Positions 24,973-42,918 of a stretch of 64,000 nucleotides of DNA are shown here, in pieces. The stretch lies in contig CM000151.3 in NCBI GenBank assembly GCA_000004695.1, positions 3,424,001 through 3,488,000 on the forward strand, written 5' to 3'. The number at the start of each line of letters is the position of its first letter. Positions within the stretch are counted from its first letter, which is position 1. The stretch is from Dictyostelium discoideum (lineage: Eukaryota). The position numbers and the translations under genes were made by a program. Below the pieces are notes generated by a model that was not told the origin of the DNA, searched no databases, and saw nothing but the letters and a program-made list of their open reading frames with translations.

Positions 24973-26296
24973 ATGGTACAATTAATTAATATTAATGAAG
25001 ATCAAAATCAAATAAGAGATGAATTTTTTGTAGATAATGAAAGTGATGAAAATAATAATTTTGGGGATGATAATTTATATGAAGAAGAAGAAGGAGAAGA
25101 AAATGAAGAAGAGGAAGGAAAATTTGAAGAAGAGGAAGATGAAGAAGATGATTATAGTTCAAAATTTGATACTGAATATAAAAAAATCTTAAAACTTGCA
25201 AATGAAACTAATAGTAAAACCGATATAACAGTTAAAATTGAAATTACAACTTATAATAGAAATTATAGAAATTTAATAAATAATAATGAAAACAACAATA
25301 TTATTAATAGTGATGATAATAATTTATATAAAAAGTTAGAAAAAAAACATTTTTTAAGATTTAAAGATAAACCAATTAAAGTTGGTGAATTATCAGAACA
25401 AGTTGAAGTATTATGTTATGGTGATAGTTATAATTCAATATTATTAGAAGGTACAGTTCCAAAGTTTTTAAAAATTATTGAATTTGGTGAACAATTTAAT
25501 AAACATATTCCAAAAGGCTTCTTTCAAAATGAAGGTGGTAATTTACATAGAATTGAATTTGGAAAGAAGTATAATATGCCAATTGGTGAAGGAGTGATAC
25601 CAAATACTGTGATAACCATTATATTTGGTGATGAATTTAATTGGTTTTTACCGGCAAATGTTATTCCATTGGGAGTTATCAAAATTCAATTTGGTAATGA
25701 CTATACTGCACCATTCGTTAAGGATTCAATTCCATCAACTGTCAGATTCTTGCAATTGGGTAATAAGTATAATTTACCTTTAAAATGGTCCCCAATTCCA
25801 AAAGTTTTATACCATTTAACATTTGGTGATTCATTTAATCAAATCATTGAACCAGGTGATTTATCACCATTTTTAACTTATTTAAAATTTGGAAATGATT
25901 TCAATCAAAAATTATCCATCCCTTCAAAAGTTTCAATACTGTCATTTGGTGATAGTTTTAATCAAGATATTATAATTAATGGCACTGGTGCAACCATTTT
26001 ACCAAAAGATACTTTAAAATCAATTACATTTGGTAATGATTTTAATAAATCATTAGGAAATTTATCACAATTTTATCAATTAACTTTTATTAAATTTGGA
26101 AATGACTTTAATCAACCATTATTAAATTTACCCCCAAATTTAATTGAAATTGAATTTGGTATAAATTTTAATAAACCATTACCATCAATACTTCCATCAA
26201 CAATTAAATCAATAACATTACCAAAATCTTATAACTTACCATTACCAAAACCATTACCAAATGATCAATCAACAAATTCAACAATTTTATCAAATG

Positions 26297-26340
<44 letters not shown>

Positions 26341-26406
26341 TCCAATACAATCACTTTAATATCAACTACAACTACAACAACTACATATATTATTAATAAT
26401 AATTAA
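24973..26406 (+). CDS. FNIP-repeat-containing protein (477 aa), single exon
   Basis: An acidic N-terminus is followed by at least 12 tandem copies of the roughly 22-aa FNIP repeat (F-G-x-x-F-N-Q/K-P/x-I/L...IP..V..L.FG), for example ITIIFGDEFNWFLPANVIP, IKIQFGNDYTAPFVKDSIP and LTFGDSFNQIIEPGDLSP. The C-terminus carries poly-N and poly-T tails. Confidence 0.8.
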
Positions 26407-26553
26407 AAAAAAAAAAAAAAAATTAAAATTAAAATTAAATAGTAATAAAAAAAAATAATAAAACAAAAATTAATTTAAAAAAAAAATTTTATTCTTTTAA
26501 CTTTTTTTAATAAATATATATATATAAATTAAAATTTAATTTTTTAAAAAATT

Positions 26554-27092
26554 TTAATTAATTAAATTATTTAAAACTAATTTATGATATTTAATTTGTA
26601 ATAAAACATGTTTAAAAATTGATTTCTTTTTTTCTAAATCAAATTCTAATTTATCATTCCTTTTTAAATTTTTTTCATACTTTTTTATATCTTTTTTAAT
26701 TTGTTTTTCATTTCTTTGAACAATATCTAATAATAATTTGAAAGTGTTTATAACAGAATTTAAACATTTAGCCGAAGAAATTGTTGATGGTTTTCCAAAT
26801 GATTTTGAAATATCAATAATTTCATTATGTGAAAATTGTGATTCCCATTTTAAATCGTTTTTATTGGCACATAATATAATGGGTATATTATCTTTAAATG
26901 GGAATGCTTCTTTAATTAAATCTCTATATTTATAAATTGAATCATATGAATCTCTATCAGATATTGAATACATTATTACAAAACAATCACATTGTTTAAT
27001 TGTATCTAATAATATACTTTCCATCTCAATTGATCCGGCTTTTTTTTAATAATAAAAAAATAATAATAAAAAAAATATCAATATTAATATTG

Positions 27093-27124
<32 letters not shown>

Positions 27125-27321
27125 CAAACAAAAAAATATTTACCTGTATCATATATATTTAAATTATATAAAACTTTATATGAAAATAGTTTTGTAAATT
27201 TTGATTCTATTGTGGGGCTATATTTTTCGTCATCAAAAAAAGAATTTACCATTGTGTGTATTGTGCTTGTCTTTCCAACACATTTATCTCCTAAAAAACA
27301 AATATTCAATTTTTTGCACAT
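26554..27321 (-). CDS. Divergent Ras-superfamily small GTPase (220 aa), 2 exons: join(27321..27144,27038..26554) on the minus strand
   Basis: The G1 P-loop is LGDKCVGKTS. G3 (DTAG) is split by the intron: the ACAG|GTAAAT donor and the acceptor AAAAAAAAG|CC rebuild the Ala codon. G4 is LCANKND (NKxD) and G5 is SSAKC (SAK). The C-terminal extension is Lys-rich and looks coiled-coil. Confidence 0.75.
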
Positions 27322-27342
27322 TTTATTTTTTTTTTTTTTTAT

Positions 27343-27405
27343 TTTTAATTTATTTTTAATTTATTTTTAATTTATTTTTAATTTATTTTTAATTTATTTT
27401 TTTGT
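27343..27405. repeat. Tandem repeat of an 11-nt unit (tttatttttaa), about 5.5 copies
   Basis: Visible directly, immediately upstream of the GTPase start codon. Confidence 0.85.
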
Positions 27406-28372
27406 ATATGTGAAATTTTTATTTAATTAATTAATCTTTTATTTATTTTGATCAATTGCTTAATAATAAATAATTTTGAAAATTATTATTATTTCTATTA
27501 TTAAAAATAAAAAAAATAAAAACAGTAATAATAAAAAAAAACAATAATTAAAAATAAATAATAAATAAATAATTTTTATTATTAATAATAATAATTTGAT
27601 TATATCAAGATTTGTTGAAGAAAAAAATTTAAAAAAAAAAAAATAAAATAAAAAAAAGATAAACAATTTAATTGTTGCTGTGTGGGAGCATTGTTATAAT
27701 TGCTATAAATATATTTTTTATTTTCAATTTTTTTTTTTATTATTTATTAATTATTTATTTTTTTTTTTTTTTGTGTGTACATTTGGGGAACTAACCCACC
27801 TTTTTTACACCTTCAAAAAAAAAAAAAAAAATAAACTAAAAATTGAAAATCCATTTTTATAATTTCAGGTATTTTGTTGTAATCATTGTTGGTGCTATTT
27901 AGGTAACTGATATGTTAGAAATAGGGTGTGGTCTTAAATATAATTTTTTACTTTAATAAAAATTAGAATATGTTTATATAAATTTTTTAATTTACTAAAT
28001 ATGGCAATAAATCCCCTAAAATTGTAAGTGGGTGTTGTGTTGTTGCAATATTAAATCAAATTTGATATTTTCAATATATCCAAAATAACAAAGAAAACAA
28101 ATAAAACAATAAAACAACTCCCAAAAAAAAAAAAAATAAAAATAAAAAAAATAAAAATAAAAATGAAAAAAAAAACAAGTAAACACACACAAAAATAATA
28201 AATCACACACACACACTATCACAAATATCAATTGATAAAAATAAAAATGAACAAATTTCTAAATTAATTAATTAATTAATTAAAAATAAACCAATTTCTA
28301 AAAATAAAGTACAATCAATAAATAATTATTTATTTATTTATTTATTTTTTGAAATATAATTATTATTTTGTT

Positions 28373-29482
28373 TTATTTTGATTTATTTTTATTTATTATT
28401 ACTTTATCGATTTCATAAATTTGATTTGAATAATTTATTAAAGTGATAGAATGTATAATAAAAGTTATTGTGAAAATGATATCAATTATTGGTAAAACAT
28501 TTGCAATTGCTTGATAAGTTGAAATTGCAAGTGAAAAAGTTGGAGATACTCCATCTAAAGCTAATTTCCAAAATCCACTTGATATTGTTATACTATAATA
28601 AACCAATGTAATTGAAAAATAATACATTGTTGAATAATAAATGAATTGTGCGAATGAATCATTTAATTTTGTTATAACAATATCTTTTGAAATCTCTAAA
28701 TTAAACAATTCAAATGTTACTTTATTTTTAATTGCTGTTGTTGTTGTTGAATGATTATCTAAAAATGAATTTCTTGAAATTTGTAAATTCTTTGATCTAG
28801 TTCTAATATTTAATAATAAATAACCAAATGAAATTAAAGATAATAATGAAAATATTAAAACTTTTTTACTCTTTCCTGATTCAATATTTGATGTTTCAAA
28901 TAATGATGATTGTAAAATCATAAATAGTAAACTAAATATCCAAACCAATGCTATCAATTCAACGATTGCAACTCTTCTACCTTTGAAAATTGTATTTAAT
29001 AATTTATTTCTAATTTCATTTATAATTCCACCATTATTAATTTCGTTTTCAGATTTCTTATAAACTATACCATATAGTTTATATGATATTATAAAATATA
29101 ATGCAAATGTTATAAATGATATAAATAAGTAAAAGTGAAATGAATTTAATGTTGATGATGTTGTTATCGATGATATTGTTGATAATGATTTTAATAATTT
29201 ACTGAAATAAAATGAATTTTTTGAATAATTATATTTTTGATTATCAATAAAATTTAAAAAATCTGTTAAAAATAATGATGAAAAGAAAACTTTAACAATA
29301 CAACATAATGAAATAATTATTGTTTTTGGTGATCTATATCTTTTAAAAATAATGAAAAAACAAAATAATAAAGCTATTATTATATAATATAAAAAGAATG
29401 ATCCATTTAAGAATAAATGATAATAATCATTCTTTGATGTTGTTATGAATTGTGAAACCGCTAACTTTTTGGTTAGTGTCAT
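28373..29482 (-). CDS. Putative seven-transmembrane membrane protein (369 aa), single exon, no confident family assignment
   Basis: A genuine ATG and about 7 hydrophobic segments of 18-23 aa: FLYYIIIALLFCFFIIF, IIISLCCIVKVFFSSLFL, FYLFISFITFALYFIISY, VAIVELIALVWIFSLLFMIL, VLIFSLLSLISFGYLLLNI, FIYYSTMYYFSITLVYYSITI and VLPIIDIIFTITFIIHSITLI. Confidence 0.55.
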   Translation of the reverse strand: MTLTKKLAVSQFITTSKNDYYHLFLNGSFFLYYIIIALLFCFFIIFKRYRSPKTIIISLCCIVKVFFSSLFLTDFLNFIDNQKYNYSKNSFYFSKLLKSLSTISSITTSSTLNSFHFYLFISFITFALYFIISYKLYGIVYKKSENEINNGGIINEIRNKLLNTIFKGRRVAIVELIALVWIFSLLFMILQSSLFETSNIESGKSKKVLIFSLLSLISFGYLLLNIRTRSKNLQISRNSFLDNHSTTTTAIKNKVTFELFNLEISKDIVITKLNDSFAQFIYYSTMYYFSITLVYYSITISSGFWKLALDGVSPTFSLAISTYQAIANVLPIIDIIFTITFIIHSITLINYSNQIYEIDKVIINKNKSK

Positions 29483-30254
29483 TGTTTTTTATTGACTATT
29501 AAGTTTGTTTTTTTAATTTTAAAATTGGAAGTAGGAAAAGTAAATTAAAAAAAAAAAAAATTAAAAAAAAAAAAAAAAAAATAAAAAAAAATGAAAAAAA
29601 TAATTTAATGCAGAAATTTTTCTGTTTATTATTTTTTTATTTTTATTATTTTTTAAACTAAATTTTGAATTTAGTTTATTCATATGAATAAAAAACAAAT
29701 TAAATCATTATTAAAAAAAAAAAAAAAAAAAAAAAAAACTTCAATTTTTTAAAGTGTCAAATTTATATTTGAAAGTTTTTATTACTGTGAAAACAAATTA
29801 CATATGATATAATACATTTAATCATTCTATTTTTTGGATTTTTTTTTTTTCTTTTTTTTTTTTTTAATCAAAAAATTTTCTTATAATTATAAAAAAAAAA
29901 AAAAAAAAATGGCTTTGTCTAAACGAAATCAAAAAGATTTTCTTTAAAAAATAACAATCAAAAAAAAGATATTTTTTTTAGTGGTAAAATGGGTTTAATT
30001 ATTTTAAAAAAAAAAAGATATTTTATTTAAATAATTTTTGCACCAACACCACAAATCCAATTTTTATCATAAATAATCTTATATGAAAAATTTTTATTTT
30101 TTTTTTTTTTATTTTTATTTTTTTATTTTTTTTTTTTTGTACAGGGCTAAAAATAGTACTAATCAAAAATAATAAAAATAAAAAATTTAAATATAAAATA
30201 GTTTTTTTTTTTTTTTTTTTTTTTACAAAAAATAATTAAGAAATAAATTAAAAA

Positions 30255-31902
30255 ATGAAAATTTCAATTTTATTAATTATCTGTATAATTTATTTATCAA
30301 TTTCAAATGTTAAATCATATGGAGAATCTGATAATTCTGGTTATCCAAATTATCAAGAAAGAGAAGCTCACACAATGATGAATGTTGTTCGTCAATTGCC
30401 AACAAAATATAGAGATACTTTTATGACTGGATATTCTGGTTACCAAAATTTATTTACCACATCAACAGCTTTACCACCAACTACACCAGTTTATTATAAT
30501 CAAACATTAGGTTATCTTGCAAGATCACACTCTTCAGAAATGGGCATTAAAGGTTATTTTAGTGTAAATAGTTAAAAATTTATTATTATTTCTTTTATTT
30601 TAAAATATTTTTTTAAATAATCAATAATTAATATTTATTTATTTTATTTTATTATTATTAAAAATGTTAAGCATAACAGCTATGATGGAACTTCTTGGAG
30701 TACTCGTTTCGATTCCTTTGTTGCCGGTTGTCAATCTGCAGGAAATTCAATTGCTGAGAATATTGCAGCAGGAGGGGTATCAGGAATCGGAACAACTAGT
30801 CAATTACTTTGTGATGCTGTTTCTGGTGTTTGTGTAGTTGATACAAGCTCTGATGCTGGACACCGTAAGAATATAATGGGAAACTATAAAATCGTTGGTA
30901 TTGGTTTTTACTATAACTCAAGTAGTCAATATGGAAATTATTGGACCCAAGATTTTGATAATGGTAATTTTAGTTTTTTTTTTTTTTTTTTTTTTAATTT
31001 GTTTATTTAAAGTTGTTAACATTTGTTTTATTTAATTTAATTTAAATTTTTTTTTTTTTTTTTTTTTAAAAATAATTTTATTGATTGATTAATTATTTTT
31101 ATTCTTATTACTATTATTATTTTATTAAGGTATTTGTGGATTACCAACTACTCCAATTTATTCAGGATTCCATACTTTCTTCTTTGGAGCAAATGCACCA
31201 AATTATTATTTATCATATTATAGTTCAACAGATGCAGCAAGTAAAGTATCATTTATTTTTGAAAATGGAACATCAATTGATATGACATTATTTGGTGGTA
31301 CAGCCAATTCTGGTATTTATACAACTTCAACAGTTTATCAAGTGTGTGCTAAATATTATTTCTCTGTCACAAGTGCAAGTGGTAAAACATATAGGTATCC
31401 AGATACTGGTTATTTACAATTAACTAAAGCCAGTACATGTGCTTCTTGGGTTGCCTCTTCATCTAGTTCAACCACATCTACTACATCAACCTCATCAACT
31501 ACCTCCAAACCAACTACTACATCAACCACATCAACTACATCAACAACATCAACAACATCAACTACCTCTAAACCAACAACTACATCAACAACATCAACTA
31601 CATCAACTACCTCTAAACCAACAACCACATCAACTACATCAACTACATCAACTACATCAACTACTTCCAAACCAACTACTACATCAACCACATCAACTAC
31701 TTCCAAAACAACTACTGGTTCATCAACAACAACAACTGGTTCATCAACAACAACTGGTTCATCAACAACCACATCATCACCATCAACTACAGATACTCAA
31801 ACAGAATCTCTTGAGGATGGATCAACACCATCAAGCTCTAACACTGTAAAATCATCATTATTAATTGTATTGGTATCACTTGTATTATTAATTGCTTTCT
31901 AA
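30255..31902 (+). CDS. Secreted CAP/SCP/PR-1-like domain protein with a Ser/Thr-rich mucin-like stalk and a C-terminal hydrophobic tail (probable GPI anchor), 3 exons: join(30255..30563,30672..30963,31130..31902)
   Basis: After the signal peptide (MKISILLIICIIYLSISNVKS) come CAP-like motifs: HTMMNVVRQ, then HNSYDG...AGNSIAENIAAGG...SGHRKNIMGNYKIVGIGFY...YWTQDFDNG. A threonine-rich stalk is built from perfect nucleotide-level repeats encoding TSTTSTTSKPTTTSTTSTTS. The C-terminus is SSLLIVLVSLVLLIAF. The donors are GTAAAT and GTAATT. Confidence 0.55.
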
Positions 31903-32168
31903 ACAAGAAAAAAAACAAAAAGAAATTATCCAACTCTAAAATGCATTACCATTTATATATATATTTATTTATTTATTTATTTATTTAATCAATAAATTAA
32001 AATTCGAATTTATTATTTATTGAACAATTCATTTATTATTTATTCTTTGTGTAGATAAATATATATATATATATATATACACACAAAATCAAAAAAAAAA
32101 AAAAAATAAAATAAAATAAAATAATAAATTTTTTTTTTTTATTTTTATTTTTTTTTAAATTTATTATT

Positions 32169-38721
<6,553 letters not shown>

Positions 38722-39610
38722 TCTTTAAGTTTGGGTTTTTTTTTTAAAAAAAAAAAAAAATTAAAAATTTTAATTATATATATATATAAATAAATACAAA
38801 AATAAATAAATAAATGAACGATAAATTTTAAAATTTTAAAAAAATCAATTTCATCTATCGTGGTGGTGTGGTGGGGTGAAAAATAAAAAATAAAATTTAT
38901 TAATTTATTAATTATTTAAATAAGGTTCCCAATTCCCTTTTTTTTTTTTTTTTTTTTAATATTAAAAAAAATAGGAATTAATTAAACAATAACAAAAAAA
39001 AAAGATGTTTTTTTTTTTTTTTTTTTGATTAGGGAATGTTATTTTAAAAATATATTGTTGTATTTTTAATTATAAAAAAAATAAAAATTTTCAAAAAAAA
39101 TAAAAAATAAAAAATAAAAAAAAAAAAATTATAAAAAAAAAATAAAAAAAAATAAAAAAAATAAAATTCAAAAAAAAATATTTGAAAATAATTTTTTTAT
39201 TTTGAAGGCTGGTTGGTAATGTCAACGTTGTTCATTTATATTTGGTTATGTTGAGTATTTTAAATAATAAAAAAATAAAAATATTCCATTTTTATTTTTT
39301 TTAAAATCAAAATTTATTTTCATTTAAATGGAATATTAATTTTATTTATTTTATTATTTTTTTAAATATCTTGATTAAAAAAAAAAAAAAAAAAAAAATG
39401 AAGATATTTATTATTTTTTTTTTTTTTTTAATAATTTTTTTTTTTTGAGTGTTTTTAAAAATACTATTTTTTTTTTTTTTTTTTATAATTTTTTTCTTTT
39501 TTATTTCTTATTTATTTTTTATAATTGAAATTTTTATATAAAAATAAATAAAAAAACAAATAAATAAAGTTTTCCTAAACACTTTTTTTTTTTTTTAAAA
39601 TAAAAAAAAA

Positions 39611-41086
39611 ATGGTTGTACTTTCAAAATATAATGAATTTACAATTATTAATCAATTAAATGATGATAATTCAATATTATTTTTTAAAATTTGGAGAAAT
39701 ATTGTATTAAAAAAAAAGATATGGCAAGATGCAATTTTAATATCAAAATATGATATTCAAAATATTAAAGAAATAAAACAATTAAGAGAACATAAATATA
39801 GAGAATATATTAGAACAATTAAATTTGTTGATCATTTCAATGATTTATTAGAAGAAGGTGATATTCCAAACAATGTTTCAACAATTGATTTTGGTGTAGC
39901 ATTTGATACAAGAATTAGTGCTAGAGTTTTACCAAATTCGCTTACAACCCTTGACTTGGGCATACAATTTAATCAATCCATTGATTGTGGTGTTTTACCA
40001 AAAAATTTAAAAAATATTTATTTTAGTCATTTATTCAATAAACCAATACTAGTAAACTCAATTCCAAATAGTGTTAAATTAATTGATTTTAGAAATTCGC
40101 CATCGTTTAATACTGAAATTAAAATTGGATCATTGCCAAACTCATTAACCTCTTTAAATTTAGGGTATAAGTATAATATTAAATTTAAAGAAGGAGTTTT
40201 ACCAAACTCTTTAAAAAAATTAATAATTTCAGAAAATTACAATTTTCCAATTAAAAAAGGTGATTTACCAAATAGTATAACTAGTTTAACATTGGGAAAT
40301 TATGATCAAAATATTAAATCAGATGAGTTACCAGAAAGTTTAAAAGTTTTAATAATGGGCCCACTACAAACAAAACAAATTGAAATTTCAAATTTGAAAT
40401 ATATTGAAAAATTGACATTATCAGATTACTATGATGTTCAATATAAAGATTTTCCAAAATCTTTAAAAATTTTAAATTTAGCTTATAAATATAATAAACC
40501 AATTTTACCAAATTCTATTGACAATATTACTGAAATTACATTTGGTAGTGAATTTAATCAACCTATTGAATTGAGTACATTCAAGTCAATTAAGAAATTA
40601 GTATTTGGTGCTAGATTTAATCAGGAATTGAAGCCATATACTTTGAATGATGGTATTGAGAGTTTATCATTTGGTTATTTTTATAATAAAAAATTTCAAT
40701 CAAATAGTTTACCATCGACATTAACTTATTTAAAACTTGGTAGAGAATTTAATCAAATAGTTGAGCCTGGTATATTCCCAAACTCAATCAAACATTTAAT
40801 CTATAGTAATTTAAATAAATCACCATTGACCATTGGTATATTACCATCATCACTTGAAACTTTAGAATTTTTATTTTTCAATGCACCAATTGAGCCATTT
40901 TCAATTCCAAATGGTTGTAAAAAGATTATTTTAAGTTCACAATTTCAAAATCATTCAATTTCAAATAATGTTATACCAAATACTTGTACTGAATTAACAA
41001 TTTCTGAATTATATAAAAGAGAATTATTAGATTTAAATTCATTACCAAAAGGTTGTAAATTACTATATGCTTTATTAATTAATTAA
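39611..41086 (+). CDS. FNIP-repeat-containing protein (491 aa), single exon; a paralogue of the gene at 24973..26406
   Basis: At least 15 FNIP repeats, for example IDFGVAFDTRISARVLPNSLTTLDLGIQFNQSIDCGVLPKNLKNIYFSHLFNKPI. Confidence 0.8.
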   Translation: MVVLSKYNEFTIINQLNDDNSILFFKIWRNIVLKKKIWQDAILISKYDIQNIKEIKQLREHKYREYIRTIKFVDHFNDLLEEGDIPNNVSTIDFGVAFDTRISARVLPNSLTTLDLGIQFNQSIDCGVLPKNLKNIYFSHLFNKPILVNSIPNSVKLIDFRNSPSFNTEIKIGSLPNSLTSLNLGYKYNIKFKEGVLPNSLKKLIISENYNFPIKKGDLPNSITSLTLGNYDQNIKSDELPESLKVLIMGPLQTKQIEISNLKYIEKLTLSDYYDVQYKDFPKSLKILNLAYKYNKPILPNSIDNITEITFGSEFNQPIELSTFKSIKKLVFGARFNQELKPYTLNDGIESLSFGYFYNKKFQSNSLPSTLTYLKLGREFNQIVEPGIFPNSIKHLIYSNLNKSPLTIGILPSSLETLEFLFFNAPIEPFSIPNGCKKIILSSQFQNHSISNNVIPNTCTELTISELYKRELLDLNSLPKGCKLLYALLIN

Positions 41087-41225
41087 TTAATTATAAAAAT
41101 AAGAGAATATTTATTTATTTATTTATTTTTAAAAAAAATATATATATAAAAAGTTATTAAATTATAAAATTACAAATAAAGAAATAAAATGTATAAAATA
41201 ATTATTTCTTTTTTTTTTTTTTTTT

Positions 41226-42020
41226 TTATGCTACACATTTAAAATCACTACAATTAATAAAACACTCACCAACTGGGTCAACTCTTTGCCAACGCACTAA
41301 TAAAATTGCATTTGAGAAACGAGTTGGCATATTTAAATTAAAAATATAAGCAGATGTTGAAGAACATGATGGATCACTAATTGAAACACTTGCAGTATTT
41401 GGGAAACTTTGGAATAATGTTAAATGATCCCATGTTAATGGAGTTGTGGTTGGGTTGAAACCTGGTTTACTAACATAGAATTCCCAGAAATTTGGATTAT
41501 GAGAAGCAGTTGCACAGAATTTATAAGTGAAACTAACATTTACAGCATTTGCAGTTGTTGGAATAATTGTTGGTGTCCATGGTGCAACAATTGACATTCC
41601 ACTTTTATCATTTGATGATGTAGTTGCATATGCTGAACATAATGAATTTGGTACTGCTGCTTTTAAAGCACTTGCTCCTTGAGCATAATTTGGAATTAAA
41701 ACTGAAAATTCATTTGATTGAATAAATTGATATTGTGGATTATTTCCTTTTGCTTTTACAAATTGAAAAGCTGAACGACATGCAGCATCAGTAATACCAG
41801 ATCCATCCTCTGGCCACCAAATATTACCTTTTGGACATCTTATTTTAAAAAAAAAAAAAATTTAATAAATTGATATTTTATTGGAATAAAAAAAAAATGA
41901 AAAAATAAATAATTACTTTTGTTGGCGAGCCATTGGATAAATTGCATACCCATGAGAATTAATTAAAGAAATTGAAATCATTGAAATTAATGATAATAGT
42001 AAAAATTTAGAAATATACAT
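41226..42020 (-). CDS. AA10-family (CBM33-type) lytic polysaccharide monooxygenase, secreted, 238 aa, 2 exons: join(42020..41917,41838..41226) on the minus strand
   Basis: After the signal peptide (MYISKFLLLSLISMISISLINS) the mature N-terminus is HGYAIYPMARQQKC, matching the AA10 HGY..P.SR...C pattern. The second-His/Trp motif is TASHNPNFWEFYVSKPGF...PLTWDHLTL, and the C-terminal W.R.D....F block (LLVRWQRVDPVGECFINCSDF) is present. The CAAAA|GTAATT donor overlaps the apparent stop codon and the acceptor is AAAATAAG. Confidence 0.7.
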
Positions 42021-42686
42021 TGTTTTTTTTTTTTTTTTGATTTATTTTTTATTGTTTATTTAGGAATTGAAATTAAAAAAATAAAAATTTATTCAATTGA
42101 TTTAAATACTTAAATTTTTTAAATTGTAATATTATAATTTTTTTTTTTTTTATTTGTTTATTTGAAAAAAAAAAAAAAAAGCCATTCATCTAGTAATAGA
42201 ATTATTTCAATTAATTTTACCAAAACTTTTTTTAAAAAAAAAAAAAAAAAATAGGTTGAAAAAGAATATTGATTACTTATTTAGGATTTCTATATTTAAT
42301 CAATATTCTTTTAAAAAATTATGAAAAAAAATATAAAATCCAATCTTTTTTTTCAACACACAATTCACCACAACAAATTAATAATTATATTTTTTTTTTT
42401 TTTTTTTTGATAAAAAGTGATGGTGAGATGATTAAATAAAAATGATTATTAATATAAAAAAAAAAAAAATTTTTAAATCCAAAAAATCTCACACGATATA
42501 TAATAAATAAATAAAATTAACCCATTTGAATGACAAATTTGAATTTTCTAATAATTAAAACAAGATTTTTAAAATCAATGTTTTTTTTTTTTTTTTATTA
42601 TTACTTTATTATATGTTTACATTATGATATTGATGGGATGAGGAATTTTATAAAATATTGGTTTTAAAAAAAAAAAAAAGAAAAAC

Positions 42687-42721
<35 letters not shown>

Positions 42722-42918
42722 TTTTGTTATAATTATTATGAATTGTGAAAATAAAGAAAAAATAGAAAAAAAAAATTATTGGATATATAGATAAAAAAAT
42801 TATTATTGAATATTGATTTTTGAGTGAACTAAATTATATAATATTTTAAAATATTATAAACTTAATTAAATTAAAATTAGGGGTTTAATCCAATTTTAAA
42901 AGTTGTTTGTTTTTTTGA

